From positions 6,014,001 through 6,078,000 of the forward strand of contig JBHGNT010000006.1 in NCBI GenBank assembly GCA_043228905.1: a DNA stretch of 64,000 nucleotides. Reading direction: 5' to 3'. Position 1 is the stretch's first letter, and each line of letters begins with the position of its first letter. A program made the position numbers and the translations under genes. Of the stretch, positions 25,563-41,356 are shown in pieces. The stretch is from Azolla caroliniana (taxonomy: Eukaryota > Plantae > Polypodiophyta). The notes under the pieces were generated by a model. The model saw only the letters and a program-made list of their open reading frames with translations. It searched no databases and was not told the origin of the DNA.

Positions 25563-27566
25563 GGCTGAAGCACTGAGCTAGTTCTGAGCTCTGTTTCTGC
25601 TCTCTGGAGCTAATCCATAACCACAGTCAGGGAGACTTTCAACGCGAAGAAGAGAGAAGAAAATTACTCTTAATGGATTTGCTCTGCTTCGTCGTTGTCT
25701 TCGCCTTCTTCTGACTCCTGAGAGCCTATCTATTCTGGAGTAAGGAGGGAGGGAATATGAAGAATACCCAGAATACCCCTGCCATTTCCTTTATTTCCCA
25801 AAATGCCCCTCCATGTTTTCGTTAATTCCTCAAATGCCCTTCAGCCCCTCCTAGCTCAAAATACACACATTGGTGATGATTTCAACTTCCTCGTATTATG
25901 TGAGATTTGCAAACATATAACTAACACTAATCACTTAGTACTTGGAATTCTTCCACACGTCCCCAAAGACATTCACATTCACATGGCATCGCCCCGAAAA
26001 GCTTGCTTATCTTCTACAAAGCATCGGTTTTTGTCCTTTACCTTTCAAATGTCTTTTGTAGCCCATGCATTTTGTGTCCGTTCTCTCTTTCGATCCACGC
26101 ATTTTGTGTTGTTTCCATTAGACATCCAGATAGCTTTTGCCATACGAGAACCGACGATGATCACCATATAGTTATGTACATTTATACCCCTTTGTGTAGC
26201 AATTCAATCTAATTCGTCCCCCAACAGTGTGGCATGCTATGTCGCAATTTATGATTACATATTTGAGGATGTATATTTCCATTCATGTTTGTTTGCGGAT
26301 TTCAAACATCATGCCTTGTAGATTCTTGCCTTATGATGGGCGATTTCTTGAGCCCTGTACATTCATCCTTGACACATAAGAAGTAAGGCATGTATGAAAC
26401 TGAAGCACACACAAGTCCATAAGAGTTAGCTACCATAACTCTAAATATTTTCCCCCTTTGGGCTCCCCAAAATTTACCTCATGTACATGGTTTCTCTCCA
26501 ATGAGGATAAAATGTCAAGTTGCATTATTTTGGATTTGTATCTCTTTTGTACCATTTTTGCAACCATCTTCATATACATTAACGTCCTCTTATATTATAT
26601 ATACAAAAAAAGTTTTTTTGACACATTGTTGGGCTTCACATGCGGGTTTCTACCACAATCAACACACCCAAAAATTTTGATTTTGGTAGCACTTAACCCA
26701 AAAACCATGGCTCATAAGAGCAATTTTGTAACCAACTACATTAATCATTGTATTCATTGTTTGTGAAAACTGAGATAGTAGAAGGCTATAGTAACTTGTG
26801 GGATAAGCAATTAGCTTGTAGGAAAAACATTCAACCAATATGCTTAAGATCAATTGGCGTATGATATGATTCTAGTGTCCACATGACCAATGGAAAGAAG
26901 ACACCGGTGGAAAGGAAAATTCACAAAATGGTTTTCAAGAAACTATGAAAAAACATATTACCTAATAAAAACACTTATGTCACAATAGAACGTGAAAACT
27001 GGTTTCATCAGACTTGCTGTTAACAATCCAACTATTGGAACCATCAACATTATGAACATGCTTTTAGGCAACGGAAAATGGAACAGGCCAAGACCATTGT
27101 GGGCTATCGAGGGATGATTACAATTGTTCGAAACATTTGTATATAAGTATTAAGAGTCACAATGTTAATGGAATATACGGAGGAGAAGAATCAAAATTGA
27201 CTTGTAATAGGAAGGGAGAAATTGGTATATGTATATATGTATGTAATGTACAGGAGACTATATGTTTTTACAGAGAATTGGTTTTGAATGGATGGGCCCT
27301 TGTTTGGTCCAACCATAATGTGAAAGCAGCCATTTTTGTTGGCGATAAGGAAGCTCTCGGCTTCGATTCTGCGATGCAGGAGAACCGACAACGCTTTTAG
27401 CACCAGTTCCAAGGCCCTTGGAGCTTAATCACGGTACTGGGTTCTCGTATCCTGCGACCCTCATGCGCTTTTCGGATCTTAATCAAGGTATATTGGATTC
27501 TCTCAATCTTCATCCGCTGCTTAATCCTAGATTGACTCATATGTCTGTTTGCTTAGTCACATCGTC

Positions 27567-29794
<2,228 letters not shown>

Positions 29795-31929
29795 ATAATG
29801 TTCTTCATGAATGGTAAGCTCATCGATGAGATTTTCTAGTGTTTTTAACTTCTATCTTCAGGCTTCTATTCTTGACAGATTGCAATTTCCAAAGCTGATG
29901 TTGAATTTTCCACCGTCAATGTAAATATATCCCACATAGACTGAGCTGGATGGTATTCTAATGTTTTCTTCTGTACAAGTGTTGTAGGTTTATGCCTTGG
30001 TTCATTTGATAACTTGAACGGTGACGGTTAGATGATCATACACATCTAATTGATAGGATGTGTTTCATTATTAATAATTCATCAGCTAAAATATTATATT
30101 GAACCTTGGGCTTCATCTAAAATAAACGCTATAAATGCAAAGTAACTTAGGGGATTGCTGAAAGAAGTGCACAAAATTCATTTAGTTACATCTTTTTTTT
30201 AATCATATTGCATACATTATGTGTTTCATATTGATGAGATGCAAATGATTATTTAGAGGGAAACGAAGGATCCATTTTTAGCAAAATAATGAGTGTTATT
30301 GAAATAGTTGTGGCATGTACATTGGGTTGATGTGCATTAAGTTGCTAGTACTTTTGATTGTGCTTGGATGGATACGAAGTGTGTGTAATGGAGACAAATC
30401 CCCCTTACCAAAGGTTATGTGTGATGAAGTTGTATCATGGTAATAACATTTTAGGCGCTCACCTTCAAATGTATTCCACTCCATCTAGGTGAGTAATGTG
30501 CCATGGGACTCCACCAATGTAGTGAAAGCATGCTTTCTAGTAGGCATATTTGGATTGGACCATTATAGTATGGTCACTAGTCAATAAATGTCTTGGGGCA
30601 TCCTATTAGCCAATGGACTAATTGTATTTGCACTTTCGTTGCGTCTTGTTTAGCTCCACCTTTTTAGTTTGCACTATTTTCTTCACTAATAAAGCATTTA
30701 CCAAATGAACTTCCAATACTACAAGAGGCTCATGAAAACCCTTTTTTAGCTTTATTGAAAAATAGTCATTGAGTAAATTGTCATATTTTTTATCCTTCAT
30801 TCATGTTTTGGTTAAGCTTTACATGGTGGTTGATGTCCACTAAATTACTTGAAGTATATGTTCCACTAAAGTACCGAGTAGTGTTTCAATTTAGAATATT
30901 GAGACAATAGATCAATGGCTCGTAAAATTGGAACACTAAACCTTTCAATTATGATCAAACCCACAAGAACATGGAGCATTCAATGCATAAGATATACATC
31001 ATAGATGGTAGAGGAATGTGATCAAAGATAATCAAATACCGAAGAGATAGGCCAATTTTAGAGCAGCGTGTTAAATATCTGTTAGGCATCTCACTGATGA
31101 TGCTATGGTTTAGGACACAATGAGGACTCATAGAAGTAGGGCAAGAAATAGAGAGATGGGTAATATTTATAAGAAAATTATGCTCCCCCAACTTGTGGAA
31201 GGTATATAATTGTAGTTTAATTAAGTTAAAAGGAAAAATAAAGGTGCATCTATAAACCCTTTTGTATCGGCTCTTCCTCATTGGGACATATCTCCCTCCC
31301 TCCCTCTCTCTCACCTTAATGATGTTTCTCACCTAAAGCTTAAGCATCTCTATCTCCTTAATCACCTTTCTATGTATATTAAGAGTTTAATATTTGCATC
31401 TTTAATAATTCGTAATTATCTAAGTGTGGATTAATAGAAATGAAACCTTGTTAGTGATTTCTCGTTGTGTCATTCTTCAATTGAGAGCTTGAGTATAGTA
31501 AATGCCCCATGTGTTTAAGCATTTAATTAATCTCACGTAAGTGATTAAGTTGTCAAGTGAGTTTAGAGTTTGTTAGTAATTAATCGGTCTTATCTAGCCA
31601 CCTATATCCCGAGGGTGATTGACACTCACACTCATATATCGCACTCACCTTTCTTGTTACAATATCTAGGTAATAGGACATGAGACCAATAGGATAATGT
31701 TCTTGAGAAATGACGTTGAAGAGCAAAGTAATCCAAGGCCTTATGAATAGGCCCCTTTCATTACCAGGCCTCCAATATATAGCAAGTGTCCCATCAAAAA
31801 AGAGTAATATGGTAGCACATTGTGACATTATAAGGACCTAACAAACCATCTATGTCCTCTCAACACATTGTGTAGGACTTCGTTGTGTGGTTCCAATGGG
31901 AACCCACATGTCTTGGTTGTGGTCTTGAT

Positions 31930-32405
31930 TAACAATGGCCAACGGTTTGGTTTGGTATTTTTTTGAAATCTAAACCAAACCAAACCATGAAACTGTTAAA
32001 CCAAATCGTAAAAACCATAGGTCTCAGTTTTCAGTTTTCAACATAGGTCAAAATTTTAATTTTTAATTTTTAATTTTTAATTTTTAATTTTTTTAAAATT
32101 TATAATCTTTCATTTTTTTAATTTTTAATTTTTTTTAAGATGTTCCTAAAACGTGAGAATAAGGTCTAAAAAATGAAAACATTGTTTAAAAACAATTTTT
32201 ATAAAATTTAAATTTTTTTCTAAATGTAAAAAAATTTAAAAAAATTAAAACAAAAAAACCGTTAAACCGTTTATACCGTGGTTTCTGACTATTGAAACCG
32301 AACCGAACCGTTTTTAAAAACCCGAACCTGAACCAAACCATTGAAACCGTTAAGCTGCGGTTTCACGGTTCGGTTCGGTTCAAACCGAATTGTTGCCGAT
32401 TGCTA
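31930..32405. mobile_element. hAT-type MITE, 476 bp
   Basis: Perfect 8-bp TSD GTCTTGAT (31922-31929, 32406-32413). Imperfect 14-bp TIRs (TAACAATGGCCAAC / GTTGCCGATTGCTA). Subterminal AAACCG/CGGTT arrays and an AT-rich core. Confidence 0.9.
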
Positions 32406-32552
32406 GTCTTGATTACCTAGAAAAAACGAGGGAAAAGTAAATATGTTGTAGGAAATTGGAGACTTGGTTGATGTAGAATTTGAGAGACGATTAATCGAGA
32501 TGTAAGAGATGATGGGTATTATTCGAATTCAAGGAAGGGAGGTATAAATAAT

Positions 32553-32843
32553 GTGCCAATCATGGTCTTGAAGTCCAAGAGATGTGAAGATGGAAGCGTT
32601 TATGTTGATTCATATAGACTATTTAGTTGTCAATGTCAAGCCTCATCTAGGCTTGTCACAATTGTGGTATCCAGATTCAAAGAGGGGATGTATAAAGAAT
32701 ATGCCAACCATGGTCCTTAAGTCCAAGAGACGTGAAGGTGCAAGCATTTGCGCTTAACTCTATAGACTAGTTAATTGCCACGGAGTAGGTCCAACATTGA
32801 GATCAAAAGCCAAGCCTCATTTGGGCTTGTCACAATTGTGGTA
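32553..32843. repeat. Diverged ~120-140-bp direct repeat x2
   Basis: TGCCAA.CATGGTC...AAGTCCAAGAGA.GTGAAG...CAAGCCTCAT.T.GGCTTGTCACAATTGTGGTA occurs twice. Confidence 0.8.
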
Positions 32844-35800
32844 ATTAGGTGTTTCAAGCATCAGATCTATCAAAGGATGCACAATAGTTGCGTTCGTTGA
32901 ATGGTTATTTGAATGGCAGGATCATGCATGTCGATGCATTCACGATCAACACCAATGTTCTTGAGTAGGGTTTTCATCTAGGAATGGGGATAACGATGGT
33001 CAATTGAATAACAACATAGGAGTGTTTTTTTGGGCTCTAACAAAGTTGGCCCATTGCCAACATCATGGAATAGGTAAGTACATTAGGCCCGCACACAACC
33101 ACAACCTAAAATTATCAATGAATTTGTTGTAAAATTTTGTGGCATTGAGTTGTTAATGTTGTATTGTTGTGGGATCTTTTATTATCATGGGTAGAGCTAA
33201 TTGTTGATGACGGAGAAGATGTGGAAGTGGTTGAATAAATTGGAGGTTTTCTAAGTATAACTTTTATTAGACATGATCCCTTCCATTTAAGTGTTGTGAG
33301 GTGAGAATGACAAAGTGTGACATACGTGTGCATGAATCATGATGAGTGGGTAGTATAGGGGTGGGAAATAAAGTATTGGATATTGGCAATACAATTGTCG
33401 ACTTGGGAAATTACCATGTGCGTACAATAAGTGGAGTAGGGGAATGTTGTGGGGAGTCGAGATAGTTTTGTGGGTGTGGTGGGTGGAAGAAAACAAAGGA
33501 CGTCCTCAAGTGAGTAACGTTCAAACAACAAAAGAGCAAAGTCGAGGATGTTATGCTCATTAAGCCCAAGGATAGATTCTTGTTGTTTGTTGAGGTATTG
33601 TTTCTAAGCCCACTCACTTAAGTGCTAGCACATTAGGGCTAGTATGGGACGTGGTGTGACAAAGAGTTCTAAAGCTAAATTAAAACTATGGATAAAATTG
33701 GTGACACTACTCAAGGAGGTTGAACAATCACTTAGCATTTCATTCCATAGGAGAAGTTTGGCCTTTTAATCCTCAATGGATCAAGGAAAAGATCTAAAGC
33801 ACCCCTAATGTGAAGGTGATATCCGTTCCATCCCAAGGTAACTTGACAACATATGAAGTTTATCCTTGCTAAAAAAGTAATGTAATAATCTTCCATGATT
33901 AAACAATCTCTCCCTACCTCACCTTCAACTAACTATTTCAACCTTTGCCAACTTCTAATGAAGCACTATCTGCCTCGTCCCCCAAATTTCTTGAGTTCTA
34001 AATTGTTCCAAAATATTCAAACCGGTTTCCTTGAGGAATTGAACATGACAAACAATCTTGACACTTAGCCACTATGCTTACTCTATCATCAAAGTAGATC
34101 GAAATATTGGATCAATTGTCAAACCAACAATAAACCTATCAATGATTTCAAATTCTCTAAAAACAATTTGTATAAATAGCAATTCATTTAAAGTTGACAT
34201 TTATATATTAAGTGCCTTTGCTATTTAGACATTATGCCCTAATCATTGTTATCCCGCAACCCCTCTAAGATTGTCTCAATCATTGACAATGGCATTAAGC
34301 AATAGCCTTGGATCCAAAGTTCTTACTTTTCCTTTATAAATTTGCTCCATGACATAAACTAATGATATGACATGCCCACATTTTATTTCAAATTGTAGTT
34401 ATCAAATTTAAGCCACGCGTTGACTCTTTGACAAAAGCAAGTAGTTCTTAACCATTGTAATTAGCCAAAAGTTGGTTTCTTAATAATTGTTTAAGGTATA
34501 ACTATATATTGTTTCATCTTAATTTTCATGTGATTAGAACTTAGAAGTGTCAACTTTGACCAAAACCATAAAGTTCTGAAAAATATGCAAACATAGTTTT
34601 TTTACATTTCTCTACATATAAGCATATTTGTAATTTTTAGCTCATATTTAAACCTTTCAACTAGTTAAAACTTGTAAGAACAATTATAGGTCACCGAATA
34701 TGAAGGATGTATTTGAATGTTTGTCTTTAGGGTTGGCCCACTATGTTGACACATGCCCACAATTCACAAACACGATATGTGGCACGATATGATGGGCATA
34801 TTTGAAGGCTTTTTTTGAAAAAGGGTTGGACCATCATAACAATGTCAGACACGTATGAACGCTCTTCATTGACCCTTGAGATCACTAATAACTATGTATT
34901 CTTTCATCAAATTTCAATGCTTCCAAACCTAATAAATTATTATGCTTTTATTTCCTTTTTAAACCTGTGAACTCAAATCTGGTGCCTTTTTTTTATTAAG
35001 ATCAGAAGTCAAAGTTCCCCCTTTCTATAAATCTCCATTCTAATGCCCCTTTTTCCCTAACTTGGTCATAGCCTATTCTTCTAGGTTATCCAAGTTACCA
35101 TGGTTTGTTTGTCAACCTAGGGTAAGGTGTTATACGTCTAATTAAGTATAGTGGTTTGTTGGAATAATGTGCTTATCTAAAACAAAAGTGGTTCCCATTT
35201 ACTAGGTCTTGCTTATTGGGCACGAAGTTAAATATGTGCGACACAAACTTCCTACATGTGATCAATGACTATACCTCCTTTTCGATCATTTCTTTACCCC
35301 GATGATTGAGCAATAAAATCTGCTAAGAGACGCAAAATAGGAACCCGTTGTATTGTCTATTGTACTCAATGCTTAAGAGCATGTTGTCTCCTCCTATGCT
35401 TATGATTCCCAAAATAAAAATTCACATCAACTCCAATGTGCAAATCGAAACACCTTACCTTCCTTTATCGAGCCACCACGTAGTACTCAACATTTAAAAC
35501 CTTTGAACATTAAAATCAACGAAAATATCATCTCATACAACTTTTTCATATTTTCTTAAAGTGAATATGTTTATTCCCTCAACATGTAATAAAGTTTTGA
35601 GAACTTCATTGTCCCTAAGTTTCAAAGATGTTCAAAGCATTCACTAAACAAATTTGTCTCTTTTTAAGTAGAAAAATAAAGCAAAACTTTCAATTCAATA
35701 CATTTGGCTCTTGTATATGTATCCAAACTTCATAATTGTCTGGTATGTCTGAATTTCAAATATTTTTTGAGCATTCATCCTTCATAGTGTTCTGGTTTTA

Positions 35801-36493
35801 AATCTTTAATTCTATATGCCCGAATATGAAAATCATTCTAGGGCTTCCATCTAAAGAGTAGTTCACAATGGCAACCATTCATATTATGTGCCTCACTAGT
35901 GGTGGTATTTAAGGAGCAAAGGCTGAATTCAAGCTTTGTGGTCGCACGAAATAAACCTTGATGAACAAGGAATGTATCATGATGAAGACAATGTTTTTGG
36001 GCGTCATCATCAAACCCAATATTATATTTATGAAATATTTAGATTGTATTAAAATGTTGTGGAATCTTTAATCAATATAGTTTGCAAAGACACAATGTCC
36101 AATATTACACACACAAAGTCAGAAACTACAAAAAGTAGACCGATGCACAATTTCAAAGTCAAACAACTTCATTGACCCATCTTGATCTTGACCTCGACAT
36201 GGCATGTGCAATGACTTACATAAGAGTTTTCATCTCTTCTCCCAAGTATGATTGCTATGGATTTAGAACATTCATTCATGATGTATTAGCTTTAAATGCA
36301 AGCGAGGTTTCCTCCAATTGAGCTTTTAGCTTTCCAGCTATCATCCTTGAAGCCTATGTAAAGCAAAAACCAAACTTTTGAGAGAAAGGGAAGAAATGTA
36401 TATGTATGTGTATATAATTTTGGGAGAGAGAAAGGGAAGAAATGTGTATATAATTTTGGGTTCTTTTCCTAACGCTCTCATCTTTCAGTGTTA

Positions 36494-39400
36494 ATGGAGA
36501 CTAGAAGAGGATGGCCTTGGAAAAAGAAATTTAGTGAGAAGATTGCACTTGCTTCTCCTGAATTGAGACAAAACAATGAGCATTTGGTAAAATAATTTTG
36601 TCTCCATTATTTTCCCCTCATTGTAAGATATTTTGATATGAATGTAACAACTAAGCAATCATCCTAATCACACGGCCTAGTTTTTTTCCCAGCCTACAGA
36701 TGAGAGATTTGATGATCACATGTGTTTCTTTTGACGACACTTTATAGTTTTCGCAATGTTCTCATTAAACTTAATTATACTGAATTACATTGCTCTTTTA
36801 TCATTAGAAAAAGATGTCATCCCTAATTAAATGTGCTTTTACTAATTGATGTTCATGTGCTTATTTAATATCACATCAAATTTATGCCCTACAAGTAGAA
36901 GAACTACATCAAAACCTTTCTATTTCGACTGAAATAGATGAAATGCAAGTGCATGTTAGATAGAATTAGATGGAATGACTTTTACTTTGAAATTCTCTTA
37001 GATTGAAATGAAATTAATGCCAAATTACTCCCAGATTTACATAGTTTGAGACAACCTAATTGTCGAATTATTTGAATTGAAATGTCTCTTCTTCCTTAGA
37101 TAAGCCTGTCCAAACATTATTGTCTTTTATTAGGACCCCAACATACAATTCAAGGACCAATCTGAAAAGGAGGGCATGAATCTCTTACAACAAGCAGAGG
37201 CCAAAATTGAAGAACTTGCTAAACAGCTTTATACGAAGGACGAGATGATCTTGCAACATGCCAAAGTATCCGAAGAGGCAATTTTAGGTACAAATCAATT
37301 GTGTTAATGCTAGACAGAGTAAGCTTACTATTGGATGTAAGTCTTTTTGAGGAATTTTGACGTAGAACAAAAATGCCGATATAAAGATCATAAAGTACCA
37401 TATACATGTTAGGATCGTTTTGGATTGCATTAATATTGGGCCATATACGGTTTTCCAATGAGATTTGCGGTTATAAAACGAAAGCATTGATGTACGCATT
37501 GGAACGTGCATAATCATATAAAGCTCAAGAATGCCAGGGAGAGCTCAACATTGCACAAATAAACTGAGAAATCCCACCAAAGCTCAACCGCTGACTATAA
37601 TTCACAATAAGTTTTTAGGCATTCATCTTGTGTGAGAAAGAGCCCAATCCCCTCATAATTCTAAGATTTCTTGTGTCTATGATATGAAACATGCTTAAAT
37701 AATTAAAGATCAAATAAATTTTTTTAAATCCACCTTTTTCTATTTTACAATTGCAGGATGGGAAAAGGCCGAGTCTGAGATTACCAACATCCAACAAGAG
37801 CTCAATGCGGAGACCCACAAGCGGCTTGCAACAGAGGATCGTGTTTCACAGTTGCAGAGCACATTGAGGGAATACATGGATCAGCTCCAAAATCTCCAAG
37901 AGCAACAAGAGGAGAAGATACATGACATGGTGCTCAAAAAAACAAGAGAATGGGAAAAAGTATGCGAAGAGTCGCAAGAGAAGATCAATAAGCTTAAAAA
38001 CGATCTCTTAGCAGCAGAAGCAGAGAATTTTGCAATGAATGAGTTGCTCCAAGAAAAGGCTAAGTCCATCGAAGAAGCTAAAGAAGCTAGAAATAGAGTT
38101 GAAGAGGAGGTTAAATTACTACAAATTAAGCTCGAATCCACAGAGAAGAACCTAACAAACTGGAAATACGAGATGTATTTAATTAGGAAGGAATTAGACA
38201 TACGGAATGAGGAGCTCAGAAATAGCAAGAAGATATCAGAGGTCGCTAACAAGCAACATCTCAAGCACATGAAGATAATTGCTAAGCTTGAATCAGAGTG
38301 TGAACGCATGCAGCTTTTTGTTCGAAAAAAGCTGCAAGGATCTGATGTCCTAGCTCAGACAAGAATAGAGTTAGGGTCAGGGTTGAACCCAGAACAAGGT
38401 CGACAAAGGACACCAAGAATTAACCAAAACAAGCAAGATCAAGGATTGGTTAATTTAAGAAATTTGGGTTGTGATACGGACGGCTCTGATCACCCAAATT
38501 TGGCAATGGTTGATGAAGAAAAGGCATTAAGAGAGCTCCTCTATAGAAGCAAGGGAGAGCACAAAGATGTAAGAATGGTTTGTACTAGGCTCTCTTCAAA
38601 GCAAGTGGATCAAAGAAGATCAAACCTAGTATCAAGATTTAATGGTATTGGTAAATTCAAAGGCCATACTAACAATTTCTCGAGTGAGGACCATAACATC
38701 ACATACAACGAAGAGCTGAGTGTCATATCTATTTTCAAGGATGGAATCGTGCATAATGAAAACAATGGTTTAGAATCGTGGGCTAATGCTCTTGAGTCTG
38801 AGCTAGCACGATTGAACAAAAAGAAGTGCCCTACTAGCTCTATCTCGGATATAACCATGCAATCACCACGTTCTTTTGAATTGATGGACGATTTTGCTGA
38901 AATGGAGAAATTTGCATCGATGTCTGATCTTCACAAAGATTTAGAACTTGACGTGCAAAGTCATATAGTTTTAGATCAAGGGTCAGATGTGGTAACAAAG
39001 AATCTATGCCATCAGTTGCCTACTGGTGTCTCTAATTGCCAATCAGAAGAGAGTATTTCCAAACAAGATGTGTCGTTAGAGGCAATAAATGGAAAAGAAA
39101 CTAGTCGAGAATTGGCCTTAGCAATGAACAAGGTGGTTAGTCTCATCGAAGTGCTGTCACAATATAACTATAATGCAGAAAATGGTCTTAATGAGACAAT
39201 TTCTTATAAGCAAAACCATGTCCTTACAAGCTCAGAGTTCAAATCTTGTGTCCAAAGCCTCATCACTCTATGCAATTGTGTCTTGCATGATAAAGTGGAC
39301 ATTATGGACTTTCTTGCTGAAGTGGCATCTGCTCTAGACTGGATACTGAATTACACTTTCTCCTTAAATGGTCCTCAAATAACAAATGTGCAAATAAGCA

Positions 39401-41067
39401 ATCTGAGATCAGGTTGTGATAGTAAAAAAACCACACTGGAAGAAAGATATCCTCATGATATTCATGATCACAAAACCATTTGCAGTGATGTGGACATTAC
39501 AAGGTTTCATAGCCTTGAAAAGCAGTTGAAATTGGAGAAAGATGCTACCAAGGAGAAATGGGCTCTATTGAAAGAAGAGGTTGCAGTATTAAAAGCTCGA
39601 CTAGAGGTATCAAGCATAAATGCAGCTGAATTGAAATCTGGTCTTTCTTCAGCTATGGAAACCAAAGGGTCTCTTATGATTGATATGGAAAAATTTGTAG
39701 CCTTGACGAATGAACTTGTGTCGCACCTTTCTGATGCCAAAGAAGATCTAAAGAAACTTGAGGTGCAATTTTTTTCTTTAGAATTTCTGCTCCAAGATTA
39801 TGTACAATGCAACAAAGATGTCAAGATAATGCATCAAGACCTCTTCGATAGACAATCTCGTTCAACAGGGTAACATAAACACCATGTTACGTAATTCTGT
39901 AGGTAGAAGGTAACTAGTTTTTAATGTTTCTATAATTTTCTATGGTGCTCTCAGGGAAACCGATTCTAAAATTGCACATAACAGAGTGACACTGCCTCAA
40001 ACATCTACAGAGAGCTCAACGACAAAGAAGGAGAAGGTATAGAAGTCATAACATTTTAACATGTTTTCCAATATTTGAAAGTAGGCTAAGGAGCTCATTT
40101 TATCAACCACACTCAAATCATCACCATAAAGCCATCAAAATTGGCTGACCAATGGCCACCCAATTGCTTATAATTCTACAATATGCTTAACTACCCCGTA
40201 TAATGTGGTTGTGTGTATGCTAATAACAAAAGTCTCAAGGGCTCCATGGTTGTAACTTATAGGATCTTGGGTTTCGATTAGTTCCCCACAAAGAATGTGT
40301 ATGAAGTTTGAGAAAATCCATCCTACACTTCTTCTATATCAAAATACCATATTCTTTTTTGACAAAAACTCTGGAGTACCACTCTAGACTTTTTATTTCG
40401 CCCAAACGCCCCTAGGTTTTCTTCATTTGGTGAAATTCTCTGGTAGGGAAAACTCCAAAAAACCTGTGAGCATTTTCTTTATTTATCACAATGCCGCTAC
40501 GTACCTCTTATTTCCCCAAATATCCATGTCGAATCAAAAACTAAGGGCACTTGGTGAAAAAATGTTCATCTTTTCCATTGCTAGAACTAAAGTAGTTCCT
40601 TTTACGATGATGATGAATGACAGGAAAAATGCATGGAGGCAACCACAAAGAAGCTAGAAGAATGCCATAGCACTGTACTTTCCATCGAGAAACAACTAAA
40701 TGATCTAGGAGAAGCATCGGATAATCTCACACAAAATTCTCCATACACAAGATCTCCGTTGAATAACCCAAAAACTCATAAGACTTTAAAAACTATAATT
40801 GATTATGACGACCATGAAGATCATGTAAAAATGGTAGGAAATCATGAGAGCATACCACAATCAATAAACCATGGAAATCAAAATGTGTTTGTTTCTTCTC
40901 CATCTCCTGGGAGGTTCTTAAGTCTAGAAGCTTGGGAGAACCAAGAAGCATTTCCTCCATGTTCTCCTTCCATCTCTGCAGCAAAGAAACGTGAAAATGG
41001 TGCGAAAGGGTTAGGCAGATTCTTCACCAAGAACAGGGTATCTAAAACCCTGAAACCCCTAAATTGA
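36494..41067 (+). CDS. FPP: Filament-like plant protein (DUF869, FPP4/5/6-like coiled coil), 961 aa, 5 exons
   Basis: Exons 36494-36586, 37134-37287, 37757-39869, 39955-40036, 40624-41067 (2886 nt, in frame). FPP motifs METRRGWPWKKK, QHAKVSEEAILGWEKAE, IAKLESECERMQLFVRKKL, SWANALESEL, LMDDFAEMEKFA, KLEECHSTVLSIEKQL. Confidence 0.92.
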
Positions 41068-41213
41068 ACTGATTTTGGCATTAACATCACATATGTACAT
41101 AAACACATGTGTCCCATCTAATAATCACACATATTAATTGGCCCAAAGAAGGCCAATTGAGGAAATGCTTGGACATATTTCCATGTCCCTTAGGCACAAA
41201 GTCATATAGGCTA

Positions 41214-41356
41214 TGCAAAAACCTGAGTAGCCCAACAAATGCCTTCAATTTTGATGTCCCATAATATTGTTGGTCACAAGTTTCATGCAAAAACCTGAGT
41301 GGCCCACCCAACAAATGCCTTCAAATTTGATGTCCCATAATATTGTTGGTCACAAG
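41214..41356. repeat. ~70-bp tandem duplication downstream of FPP
   Basis: TGCAAAAACCTGAGT.GCCC...AACAAATGCCTTCAA.TTTGATGTCCCATAATATTGTTGGTCACAAG occurs twice. Confidence 0.9.

Noticed and set aside
20230-25845. Pack-MULE around the helicase gene (AAAATGCCAC/AAAATGCCC motifs on both sides)
   Set aside because: The motifs are in the same orientation rather than inverted, and there is no 9-bp TSD.
30500-33900. Gypsy gag/LTR remnants
   Set aside because: Only faint resemblance; no motif strong enough to assign a family or boundaries.
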